A DNA stretch of 64,000 bases from Hydrolagus colliei (taxonomy: Eukaryota), in NCBI GenBank assembly GCA_035084275.1, contig CM068750.1, forward strand, positions 7,130,001 to 7,194,000. Reading direction: 5' to 3'. A program made the translations under genes and the position numbers. The notes under the pieces are model-generated. The model did not search any database. It was given only the letters and a program-made list of their open reading frames with translations, and was not told the DNA's origin. Of this stretch, positions 11,386-24,200 are shown one piece after another (position 1 is the first letter of the stretch; every line of letters begins with the position of its first letter).

Positions 11386-14344
11386 GTTCTAAGGAAAGAG
11401 GAAGAGACGGCTTTATTAGAGGAGCAAATACTGACATGAATGCAATGCCCTACTACCAATGTTGGTGCTGTATAGATTTCCATTGTTCCAGGAGTCAGAA
11501 ATGTTATAATAAATGTTATAAACAGGATTGTGATGTGATCTTTTAAATTGTTGGCAATGTTTCGGATCAATGCACTTCAGAACAGACAATAAAGCCACTT
11601 TTAAAAAAAAACTAATAAATCAAAAAATTAACTGCTAATTTATTGCTCCACTAGAGTTCTCCGAGTCACAAGAAAGATTTGTAGAACAGAATGTGGCCTT
11701 TCAGTTCACCTGCAATAATCATGTAATTTATGATAGATACATGTCCAGACACAAATACTAATAATAATTCCATCTATCCTGAAGAGTTATTAGGGCTCTG
11801 GCTCTGGCCCCCTTCACTATGCCTCAATAAACTCCATCAATCGACTAACCAATCCACCTACTCCAACACATAGAGGTGTAAAATTCCTAGACATTTGTGG
11901 AGGCGGTGGGGGTGGTGTGGGGGGTGGGCGGTGTGGGGGGGATGGAAGAAGAGGGGGAAGAAGATAAACGCATTCCTAACTCTTTCAAGTATTGAATACA
12001 TCAAAATTGAATAGAAACAGAAACTCACTTTTCAGGATGGAAGGTAAACAAAGGTGGGTAGAATTACAGCTTTCACTTCCCACGGCATTATCACCAGGAT
12101 CCCATAGCCATGTTCTGGGCAATCCTGGAATCGGTGCCAACAGCAGCAAACCAATCTTGTTAACAAGCTGCCCTGTACAACACCAGTTCTTCATAGAACT
12201 GGCAACCCTCAGTTGTAACAAAAGGTACAGCATCATGTTCCCTTATTCTCCCCTAACTTTAAACTTCTCCAACACTGATCCGCGCCACCCACGGATCTCC
12301 CCATGATGGATGGTATACAAGTGCAAGTTGTTGTACAGAGAGTTGCAATCTATTGAGTTCCTTAAAATAGACAACTGATGCTATGTCATTTAACTACTTT
12401 GAAAAAATGGCTCAATAAATATCCGCTTGGGAAAAAGTATTGGGGGGATTTAGGGATGGGTTCAAACTAACATAAACGATTAAGGGTGTCACGATTTCTG
12501 TGTCCAACTTGAGTTGAATACTCTTACGTATGGTGATCACTTTCTGCTTGTATCAGACACCCAACTGACCAATAAAAATAGTGGAAAAGGAGATTGTGAC
12601 ATCTGGAGGAAGCACAGATGTGGAGTTGGAGGTAACAGGATACATATTCATTTTCTTTGTGGATCAGGGAATATCGGCTATCGCTCCTGTTCGGATTGGT
12701 AATACACTACAACAGTAGACTTACTTCATTTTATAAGCAATACACTGTATTTTACTGCACATACATACGAACAGCCAGTTAACAAATCATCCAGGCCTTA
12801 AATAGCATACATTTTCAAAAAGAGCTACGTTATAAGGTTTGGGTGTGAACGGGTTAAGTGGTTGAAAGCCTATTGCACTTGTCAGCTGGATTATCCAGCA
12901 TCACATGGCTGCAAGAGCAGCTGAAGTTTTACAAGTCAATGAGAACACAGTGTTTCAGCATCTGGAGATGGAAAAGTAAAGCAAATGCAACCATAAGCAC
13001 AGAACTTTCGCATTTCCAGTTGACCAGAGGTAGCCACTCATGTTTAGAAACAATAGCAAACTAATGACTGACCTGGATATTTTCTATGCAGCGGAGTGTT
13101 GACAGAAACACATGGCTGGTGAATGACCCCTTACAGTTTTCTCACCATGCTAAATATATCTTGCACAATGCATTCTTTGTTACATGTTTATAAATGAAAC
13201 CTGCAGTAATTTGGCAGCAATTGAAATTCCTCTTGTCTCCTAATCAGTTCAATCAAACCCAGCAGTTTAGAAGAACCTGGGAAATCATTAATGGAGCACA
13301 CCTGTTTGGTGGAATAATGTGAAAAATTGGAGCTTTTTTTGTGTTCAACAGGTGAAATTCTCCCAAGAATTGTCCATTTTAAAAGGCTGTAAATTTCCCA
13401 GTGTCTAATTTTATGTGGTCAACTGTGAATAAAAGCTTACCTGATCCAAATGTAATTTAATCGGAATACAACATCAAATCTCAACAAACTAAATCACTCC
13501 CCATTCATTAACTATTATATAGGATTTCTAATCCAAGCAGAATACTTAACTGTACAGTCCCGATCAAACCACATAAAATGAATTCTCAATTACTTGTTTT
13601 CTCAAGTTTAGCCCACTGAATAATGTTTGGCTTGATGTTTCACGCACTTTCTGAAAGCAGTGTATTACAGGATTAATTGGATTCAGGACCAAATATATAT
13701 ATATATATAGTTTAAAAAGTAAAAGAAAATGCTCACCTCTAGATGCTGTCAGCCATCAACATGTGCTGATTTAAGTGAAATACGCAAGTGCAAAAGTTTG
13801 TGGGATGTTTGCCCCTTTAAGAGGCTTCAGGGTAGGACCCTGTGATTTTCTATTCTTGCAGCATCTTTGTATTTTCAACCTGAGGAAGTACTGAGACTTC
13901 GACGAGTTCCAAAGATCTAGTTGTTATGATCTTTAGAAAGACTCCCCCCACACCATCATCCCCATAAACTTGGAAATACGTGTTCAGCAAAGACATTTAA
14001 TAGTTATATTTGTTACCATGGAAAGAATATTGAATATCTGAGTTATCACAAGAGTGTAACCTGACCTGCAGGTTCAGATAACTGTAATCTAAACTTTGAG
14101 ATGAGATTACAACCTTGAAATCACTCCAGGATATTGTGCTGTGTTCGTAGGATAGGTTTATTCTATTTAGATCTGAACACAAGTGTCACTAGTGTGCTCT
14201 GTTTATGATGAATGATTGCAACCAGTGCAAATGCAAACATGTCATAAAATCCCTATCAAAAAAGGCTAGAAAACAAGAAGTCCGGAAGGTTGATTGACAG
14301 AGAATAACATAACCAGTGTAAGAACAATATATTTACTCTGAGCT

Positions 14345-14500
14345 TAAGAGTAAGTCATGAGACTTTTAACATCCATCTGAATGGACAGAAAAGTGTTCCC
14401 CTTTACTATATTGCGTGCAAGCCTCAAAATTCCAATATGGGACTGGAACCAACAACCTTCTGAGTCAAAGGTTAGAGGGCCATGAACTGAACCAGGCTGA
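14345..14500 (-). mobile_element. Family B (Deu-type) SINE 5' fragment
   Basis: Reverse complement reads tggttcagttcatggccctctaacctttgactcagaaggttgttggttccagtccc...cagatggatgttaaaagtctcatg, similar to 5137. Confidence 0.6.
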
Positions 14501-17244
14501 CATCTGATGGAAGTCCCATGCCAGTAATGGGACAACTAATTCTGTGGCAGTGCATTAGAGTTCTACATCTTGAAGCATCATTGGTGGTTCTCAACTCAAG
14601 GCAACATAGTGATTTGAGATGTACCTATGCATCCGATATCATGGAAGTATCATGGAAATTATTTCCCTGTGGAGGCGAGTTAAGAGTTGTCTCTCACCCG
14701 CTGAGGAGAATCCACTGTTATATTCTTTATGATTTCCAGATAATCAACAACATTGTGTGTTCTTATCATTGTCCTATCCCTGTGCTGTCCAAGCATATAA
14801 TCCCAAAACACATACCTCTGTATGTATTCTTGTAATAGGCTACCATTGTGTTGCACATCCATTAAAGCATTCAAACCTTGATTAGCTTTTTGTGAAACTT
14901 CCAATGTACCTCTACTTACTGGGTATATTTTAATTTATCCTGATAGATTCAAGATTCAATTTGAGATTCAATTGGTTGCATTCATTGTTTCCTAACCTTC
15001 TCCATGGGACACATATGTGATAGTCACTCAAACTAAAAGCAGATGATAGTAGAAATTTGCATTGGTTGAATCCTGCCTAGGAAATGCTGAACACCCCCAT
15101 TTCATGTTTCTGTAACTTTGCCCGGACTGACCTTAGCTGCTCACCTCACTTATACGACCTCCCAAATTAACTTAACATCACAAGAAGATATTCGATTTTG
15201 AAAATAAGCATTTTTAATTGTGTCTAAGCACTTCCTTAAGAAACTGAATTAAACCAAATCTCACAGCATTGTAATTAAATAGGCAAAGCCTCTTAGCTAT
15301 CCAGTTCATGATTAAAAAAAATTCTGTCCAACATGATCACCTAACCCCATCATTCACTGGGGGAAGTTTTCCCACCCAACTTAACCAGTGAAGAGTAAAG
15401 TGTACGCAAAATAGGTTTAAAAAAATTAATGGTGGGGGAGGGGAGGCATCAATGATGGAGGAGTATCAAAAGATGGAGGAAAAGTATCTGCAGTTTATCA
15501 TGTATCCTGCACTGGTCCACAAACCTGACAGCCTACACAACTGGTAATGACTAACACCCTCTAGGGCATGTCTATGCTCAACTGTAAATTAATCAAAATC
15601 AGCGCATCTTCCTCACAGAAATACAGCTCATTATTCCATAATCAGTGATTGGTCCCTAGTTTGTAGAATGCCAGAGCGAATATCACCCTTTCAGTTTCAT
15701 TCGTTCCTTTGTTTGCGATTTAAGTACCAAGAGGTTCTTGATCAGTTACCAGGTGGCAATTATAGGAACCATATGCCACAGAAAGATAAAGGGGACAGAC
15801 ACCTTCAGAGTGGAATATCGGAATAATAACCATTGCATCACTCTTGTCCCAAGATTGATGTCGGAAACAACAACATCAACAACAACAACAAAAAATAAAA
15901 TGACATTCCATGAATACTGTCATCTTCCATTCTACATTGAGAAATTAAATTACATTCTTCTCCATGTTTACTGTGTAAATTCCTGCAGAAAGACACAGCT
16001 CTCTGTTATTCTTATTAACCTAACCTTTAATTTGTCTCCCACAAGTCTTGTAAATGCTATTATGTATTTAACATTGGTCAAGTAAATTTTAACAACCATA
16101 TTTATAGAGTGAATACTAGAAAGCACAATAAATACTAAAGCACGTAAAGAATACTAGCACACATAAATTGGGTAATGTTATCGATCTGATTCCTAAGACC
16201 TAAATATTTTAAGAAAATGTTGATTGGAATTATAATCCCAATCCTGGAAGAGGAACCATTGTTTGCAGTGGGTACATTCAGTCTTATTAAGATATAGTAA
16301 AGACCTTTCTCTCATCATCCATATTTGTATCCTGGTTTGCATGTTGGACAGCAGTGCTGGTTGTTTCTGTTCTCTTGGCCTGATCCCAACCAATTTTCCT
16401 GCTTGAGTAAATTTTTTGTATCTGCCATATCTATTCCTTTATCCATGTTAAATTGTGAAGGCTTAACAAAACCCTCCAGGCAAAACAGTTTTCACCTGCT
16501 GCAATCTTTTGAAATGTTTTTTACATTATGGATGAAATATGTATATATTTAACATTGCTTTTGCTTTCAGCAACTAGCAGTTGTTTTTAATGTAATATTC
16601 ATCCAAATTCTTTGAGTGGTAAGTTGGGATAACTTTTTACAGTGCTAGACTTTTTCGTATTCACAAGAACTTTATAGAATATGTTACTTTGATTCAAAAT
16701 TAAGTATAAAGGTTCTGGGGTTAAGTATAAAGGTCCTGAAAGTTTAGATGATAGGTAATGGTACACACTCTCTCCAGTCCTTCTGGATGCAAGATGTTGG
16801 CAATTAAGTTTTTTTTCCATAAAAGGAACATTCATTAACCTCTACTTCCACACAGGCGCAAAAAGCCTTCAAATTGTTTATGGATGCTGCCTGACAATTC
16901 ATATACATTTTTTTCGGTGCTATAGCTGGTTTCTAAATCAGACATAATTTTGGCAGCATTAATAATGTCTTACATTAGATTAAAAGTTCACATTCTCACT
17001 ATATAATCTCCCCCAAATCGATACTCTGTTGTTTACGAATTTTACCATCAAAACACAAAAAACCTGATTTGAAATTAAAACCTTGGCAGAGATGTGGTTT
17101 AAAAAATTCAGCCTCAGCCAACGTCTCTGCAGTAGGTGGTAATGAGCAAGAGATTCCAGATTCTGACAGTGTTGTTTTTTGTTTAAGTTGCACATATATT
17201 TCCTGCACATTACAAAAATGTAATTTAGCCAATGTGACATGTTC

Positions 17245-17365
17245 TGATGAAAGGTTGTCCATTCTGGCGAAGGGTTGTGGACCCGAAATGTTGACTCATG
17301 TTCCTTTCTCCATAGATGCTGCCTGGGCTGCTGAGTGTTCCCAACGACTTCTGTTTTTGTTTCAC
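17245..17365 (+). mobile_element. Penelope-like short interspersed repeat of shark genomes
   Basis: ctggcgaagggttgtggacccgaaatgttgact...agatgctgcctgggctgctgagtgttcc...ttctgtttttgtttca; recognised from memory. Confidence 0.6.
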
Positions 17366-17394
17366 CTCTGCAGGGATTTGACTAGGGCCGTGAG

Positions 17395-17575
17395 ATTCTT
17401 AATATCCACCCGAACATGCTAATGGGACTCAAGTTTAACGCCTCATCCAAAGGACTGCTCCTCCTACAAAGCAACACTCCCCCAGCACTGTAATGGAGCG
17501 TTACCTAAACTATATGAGTTCAACGTCCACAGCTTGCTAACTCAAGAGGCAAAAGTTCTATTAATTGACCCAGAA
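17395..17575 (-). mobile_element. Family B (Deu-type) SINE fragment
   Basis: Reverse complement contains cagtgctgggggagtgttgc...ctttggatgaggcgttaaacttgagtccc, the same block as 5235-5300. Confidence 0.6.
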
Positions 17576-20159
17576 TCATACCTGAATCTTTGAAGTGTGC
17601 ATACTATAACTTAAATATAATTAACGATACCACAATGCTTCCTAAAAAGAAGGGACTCTCTCCCATGGCTGCTTATCAAGTTTGCACGAAATGCACACCA
17701 GTTTTTGCCTAACAGAAACAGTCTCTACACTCCACAGAATTTACTGTAAAGCATTTTGAGATGTTGTATATAACATGACAAGACGCTGTAAAAGTGTTTT
17801 CTTTTGGTGCTGTTTTGCACGATTTAGCTTCTCAATCATTCCCCCAAGGCTTTAAAATCAACTTGACTGAAATGTGATATAATCTGTTATCCAATTTGCG
17901 TCATTGTATCAAATTTAAGTATACTAGGATCACTACAATGATGTCAAATCTTCACATAAGTCTCATTTTCCCACCAGTTCAGGCTTACTGCTAAACAGTA
18001 AGCATATTACCCCTTTCCCATTCCCTCCCAAGTGTACTGTCTAGAAACAGTCCTCCATTTCCTCCTTGCACTGACCTTTTGGAAGATCCCTTCTCCTGTT
18101 CCATTTTAAATTAGAGTAATTAAAATGCCCTATAATTATAAAGCCCCTTTCATTGATGCTCTTTTTATTTTCTCATGTAATTCCATATCAACTTCCTCCT
18201 CTTTTGTAGTCAGTCACAGCAATTTCCATGTGTTAAACTTCCCCCACCCCCCCATTAGGACAGATTTCCACCCACTCTGGCTCAGATCTCTAATTATCAA
18301 AAGCTTTCAATAACATTCATACCATACCCTCTTTTGCTGGAGATACTCCTCTCGAAGCTGTCTGTCTGTCCCTCCCTCCTTCCTCCCCCACCCGCTCACC
18401 CAGTCCATTTGATTCTTCTATCACTTTTGAATATTTTACACCTGGCAACAATGAAAACAATGGATGGAGCCATTTCAAACTTGCTTTAGATGATGTTGGC
18501 AGTGATCTGCTTCAGGTGGACTTACACGCTCTTTCATTATTTCTAGTATTCTTTGCAACTGGGCCAATGTTTTGTTGTACAAGCTGCCTGACCTGAAATG
18601 CTCAGGTTTGTGAGGATGCAGTGTGAAGAACATTGATCTATAAGTAGAGGGTCTGCCAGTGCTTTGCTTTTACCCTATGTACCTTATTGAATTTCCAGAT
18701 CCTGAGAAGCTTCGCCTCCACACATACACAAAAGGAATAAACTAAAATAACCATGTGTGCACTTCCTGTTCAAGTTTCCCTCCTGGGGGCCTCGATGAAA
18801 GGAAAATAATGCGTGCGGTACACCATGCGGGACACTTGTCCAAAATACAATTTACAACTCTGCTGCAATCTGTCATAAGAGGCTACCGAGGCCAGAGAGT
18901 GTAGCTTTTTTGGGGGGTGTAGGGGAAATTGTCTTTAAAGCATTTAAACATATATTACTTGCATCCATCACAGAACAGTTACAATCCAAGCTTGGTTCAC
19001 ATTTTACACAAAATACAGTCAAATAGACTTTGCAAGTGCTTGGAGACATCACAACTCTAATATGCTTTATATCAAATGCAAGGATCGTTGTTATTACTAC
19101 TACATAGTCCTGTGCATCACTGCAAACAAAATGTAGTACTCAAGAGGCCAGCCTTTCTGCTCCCACTTTTTCCATCCGCACTGAGATACATCATGTGAAG
19201 TTGTCCACATCTTCTGTTTCTTTGACGGAATTGCAACCCCGCTTGAGGCTAGCCTCAAAATGGGTTAAGGACTTTAAATAGGATTTTTGTTTTCTTTAAG
19301 TCTCCTCTCTCATTGAGGGCAGTAGCCACTGCTGCGGAAACTACTTTAGATGAGACATGCCAATTACAAAAGGAAGGGAGAAAAATGTGATCAATTTACT
19401 GTCTTCCAGACAGCGAGTGTCTGCTGAGCGATCGGAAGAGAATTAAATACTTTTCATATCACCGTGTATGGTGTATGCATCAATTATAATGCTGAAGTGT
19501 GCACAGATTTGTACTGTATTTTGCTTGTATACTGTTGGAAGATTTTATATCTATTTGGTCTTTTCAAATTTTTTATATATATTATATATACATAGAAAAA
19601 ATAACACACTATATAAATGTTTTTTTGGGTTAGTCCAGTAACCAACAACAACTTGCATTTATATAGGAGTGTTGAACCAATGTTAAACAAAAGTATTTGT
19701 GCTATTTGGGATATTTCCAGTGAATTGCAGGTATTGTTTAAGCCATTGTCAAGGGCAAGATTAGAACACTGTTCAATACTGAGTACTGCATTGATTTCTA
19801 TTTGGTATTAAAGTTTTCCTGCTGAGTATTGATGTCAGCAGTGGGAACCATATGCTTCTATTTTACTGTGAAATTTGGAATCTATTTCTGTACACAGTTA
19901 TGCTTATCAGCAATGATCTCTCATTTTAAGTGTGCAAATGTTGCTTCTTCAAATTGCATAGACTTGAATTTCTGATTTTTGAAAGCAATAAACAGATACC
20001 TCAACAAGAAATGTGTTTGTTTTCATGTGAATTGAAGAAATGGTAGCTCAATAAATGGAGGAAAAATGATATATAACATTAATACAATTTATTTCGACTG
20101 GCAGAGATGCACAACTTTTCCCCAATGACATAGTGAATAAAGGTAAAAGAACCAGTAAG

Positions 20160-20465
20160 CCATTCCGGATCAGAGAGTTATAGGTTTGATGATCTCGGAC
20201 GGGACACCAGATATGACACTACAATTGGCTTTGATATTCTTAGGTTAGGGAGGGTAGAAAACAAATCTGCCAGTATTCCCACTCCTGATTACTGACCAGT
20301 ATGCCTGCAAAATTAGCGCATACAGACGTGAACTGAAGGCAAGATTGGGTTTGACTGTGATACCTTTCACATCCACATTGTGTGCTGGAGTCTACCTTCA
20401 GTGAATGGCAGTTTCGGAGACATACCAAAGGCATGCCTCTGGTCATGGAACATTACCCCAGCAAC
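20160..20465 (+). mobile_element. Ancient SINE-like family C copy
   Basis: cactacaattggc...ggttagggaggg...ccagtattcccactcctgatt...ggcaagattgggtttgactgtgatacc...catggaacattaccccagca, shared with about 10 other loci. Confidence 0.6.
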
Positions 20466-23400
20466 GGTCAGTGAACGTCAGGGAAGAAAATTGGAAATAA
20501 CAAAAAAGGTGAGGTGCAAAATTGAATCTGAGGGAAATTGTTACAAATTGTTGTGATTGCTTGGAGGATGTGCTGGCTGAGCAATATCACATGCAAGCAA
20601 TTCGAAGGGAGTTGCGCCAAACCAGTTCTGTACAAAAAAATCAACCACAAATGTTTATTAAATGCATATTACTCCATTTTCTATTATAGAAGTGGAAAAT
20701 ATTGTATAGTACAGTACTTGCATCGCTTGGAGTCATACTATGATTATACAAATTACATCTTGGTGTTCTATATTTTTCCTAAAACTCCCCAAAACTAGTT
20801 TGAGCCCTGCAAGTGGTTTATTGCTTACATGTGGTGATGTAATTATTGGTTGAATTTCTCCAAAACATTGAGTTTCCATTTCCACTGCTTCAATTGCGGG
20901 GAGTTGCTGAGGTCAAGCGTATCTCAGGACATTCTTATCCACTTCCTAGTGGGCAACATCAGTGAGTCTGTGAGCAGGTGATTTGGCCTATTATCTGTAG
21001 ATGACATGGCAGTGTGATAAGCAAGAAAAAAGTTTGACCAAGAGGGAGACTTCTATCTCAAAAATAAGGCCTATAATCCAAAGAACTTTCTTCAACATTG
21101 AAAGCCACTCTACGATGATAGGCAGGATAAGGTGTAGTGCATGGAATGACAAAATATTCTCTATGTAAGTTGTTAACATACCAAATCTTACCACAAACTG
21201 GGTGGGCGAGTGGGGGGGGGGGGGGGGGGGCGGGAGTGGGGGGGAGCATGGAGTGAAGATGATGAATCGCAGCAAGATTTGAATGTAAACATATATGTTT
21301 TGGGGCTGGTTGCTTTATGGTACTGTACCTTCCATAATTCCCATTGGAAAAAAATTCCCCCAGAGAAACTCAGTAAAACAATTAAATCCTAGGATTATGA
21401 ACTCTTAAATAACTTGCTTCCTTTCTCCTTCTAAGACATTAGGGCAATGGATCACATTGAGAGCAGAGTTTGAAACTCACGGAAAACTTTTGTCATGCTG
21501 AATCAAACTGCATTGTTTGATTTGTCCTCTGCTAATTACTAGTGACTAAGGTTTTCTTTTTATGTTTCAAGAAAACATCTTTCTGCTGCAGAAAGCCCAA
21601 GAGCAGGGAAATTCCTTCCTCCCCCTCTCGACATCCCAAGGGACGGGCACATGCTTTAGTCTTGAGGAAACCTGGCCAATGACCCTTTAGAAACGTTCCT
21701 TGGCTAGGAGAAGAGAAGCAAATAAGAACATAGGGAGGAGGCTTCTCAGGGCAAAGTGCCAGAACTGGTACTTCTGGGAGAAGCAGCTAAGTTTTTGGAA
21801 TGAAAGGAATTTCATACTATGCACACTGAGAAGATATAGGATCTATTCCAACTCTCAGACTTGTGCAAGGGCTTATCCCATGATTAAGAGAGCTTGTTCT
21901 GCTGCTAATTTTTTTGGAACTGTAAAGATCTTTCATAGGCAGGTTGGGCCGAAACAATTTACATTCCTGAAAATTGAGACAGAAGAGGCAAGCCTAAATT
22001 GGCAAATACACAGCCTATTAATCCAGACTTTACATCAATCTGCGCTGTTCATCTGGGCCTGTCAAATGTTGCAAACTTAAAAAGCTGCTGTTTATTAGTG
22101 GTCCCTCAGAATGAATACTCCATTTTACACAAATCACTCTCTTGTGTAATGCAGAGCTGGAGAGTATCAGGAAACGCAACCAGCCCCAAGACTGGATTCA
22201 CAATGTCTCAGTGATTTGTATCTCATGTGCAAGGATTCAAACACCTTGAAGAGAATACCCTCCACCATCCCGCCAGTATCATTCAGTGGTAACAAAGAAA
22301 GTGGTGAAGGATTTCACGGAACTCCTTTATGTTTGACTTGGCTGTCGATAGCCAGCTTCATTTATTGTACATCAATTCAAACAGCTTCAGTGTTATAGGG
22401 GCAAAGGCAAGTAGGGAAAAATAGGAAAGGAGGATTACAAAATTCTGAAGCAGTGTGGGAGAAGATTTCCACCTCCTGCTCCTGGCACCATAATATAATT
22501 TATGGCACCATATTGTGTATGTGGTTGGGAACAAATACAAAATCTGCTACACTACGATGACCACATAACTGGCTATAAGAGAGGGAAAGACCTGATAACA
22601 ATTGTCTACTCTGCAACCTTGAAGGTACAAGGACAGCTTGAGCTTGTTTTTTTTTCTCCTAAAGTAGTTTGTTTTGGCCTTTGTTGTTTCATCCATGGTT
22701 CATGGTGAAAAGGAAGCAAGCTAATGGCTGCAATGCCAAACCATTACTGGGTGGCTTCCTTAGACAGTCACAGCATAAAAAGCCATAGGCATTCCAGTAA
22801 TTGGATCAACAGGAAGAAAGATGTGTGAGAAATTAACAAAAGACAGTCCACAGGAAAGACACAAGGAAGTTATATCATGGCCATGGGGTAAGAAGCATCA
22901 ACGTGCTCCAACTCAATTTTTTTTGCTTCATTGCCTTTGGTCATGTATGTGGTCAGCCACACAACCACGTTCAGTGGTGAAGATTATGAAGATTAATGAT
23001 CTCATTGATGCTTACAATACTGGTCAGTAACAGTACCATTTAATGTCAAGCATTTTCTAGAATAAGTGCACGTCAGTTGACCAGAGGCAATCCAAATTTA
23101 ATACATATCCCCAAATCATTTCACACCCATCTAGATGTGAATTAGCTTGTCATCAACCTCATTGATATCTGCGTTCAATTATCATTCAATTAACAATGTT
23201 TCAACCCCATCCCACCTGGTTTGCAATCTTTCTTTCCTCCTTTAAACCTTTTACAATTTTTCATTTCCTTTGAAATTATATTTTAATTTTGTTTCTTCCC
23301 TTTTTAATTTAGTTCCACGGTTTAATTTAGTTCCACTGGGTCTGTTTAATGTCACAGTCCATATAACAAATTTATCTGGCAAAAGGAACAGACGAGCGAA

Positions 23401-24084
23401 ACTGCTCTAGGGCTGAACTGCTGGATCTGAATGTTCTGAATGTTCAAGTATGTCTGAATTGAACCTGTTGAGATTGGTTGAGACAAAGCCCCTGCTTCGT
23501 TTTACATTGTATATGTTTTTAAAAACACAAGTTGCATTTCAAATAAAATCTGAAGACCAAAGGCAACTTGACCTGGTAAAGATTCAGAATCCAAACTTTG
23601 TGAATATATAGGTTTACCTGTGTTTATTCTGAGCGAGCTTCACTGAACAGGTTGCAACAAGATGGGACAATATATACCAGTCAATTCATGGATAATACCA
23701 AATGCACAATAGTTAGGAATAACAAGTTTATCGCGCAGATTAAATCTTCTCAATGTTAGAAAATATTTCTTGTGCATTATAATACAATTTACACTTATAC
23801 AGTAAATTTCACACAACTTCTATAAGCATGTACATAGCACCCTCTGTGTCAGGCAGTTTCTCAGAATTGGGTCTGTACATTTAATGACTTCTGCAGAGAA
23901 TCAGTTATGTCAAAATTACATAGATAATAAACTCTTGAATGGGAATTTGGCAGATGTATGATTTAGGTGATTATACAATTTATATGGATGAGACTTATGC
24001 AAGTTTTATTGTATAAAGTGCCTTTCACACCTTGAAGGTCATGACACTGGTGGTAGGATACAAATGGGAGGGGAATGGGAAACA

Positions 24085-24200
24085 TAATAACCCTTGCATT
24101 TGATGTAGTGCCTTATCATGACTTCGAGAAGTCTCAAACCACTTCACAGAACACATTGCAAAGTGAATTGTCTGTATATTTTGTGGGCGAAAGATGGCCG
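24085..24200 (-). mobile_element. Family A SINE 3' fragment
   Basis: taataacccttgcatttgatgtagtgcc...cacttcacagaac...aagtgaattgtctgtatattttgtgggcgaaa. Confidence 0.75.

Noticed and set aside
23303-23336. 16-bp direct repeat tttaatttagttccac (similar short duplications near 6877, 16700 and 24817)
   Set aside because: Two-copy slippage duplications with no spacer array; not CRISPR-like.
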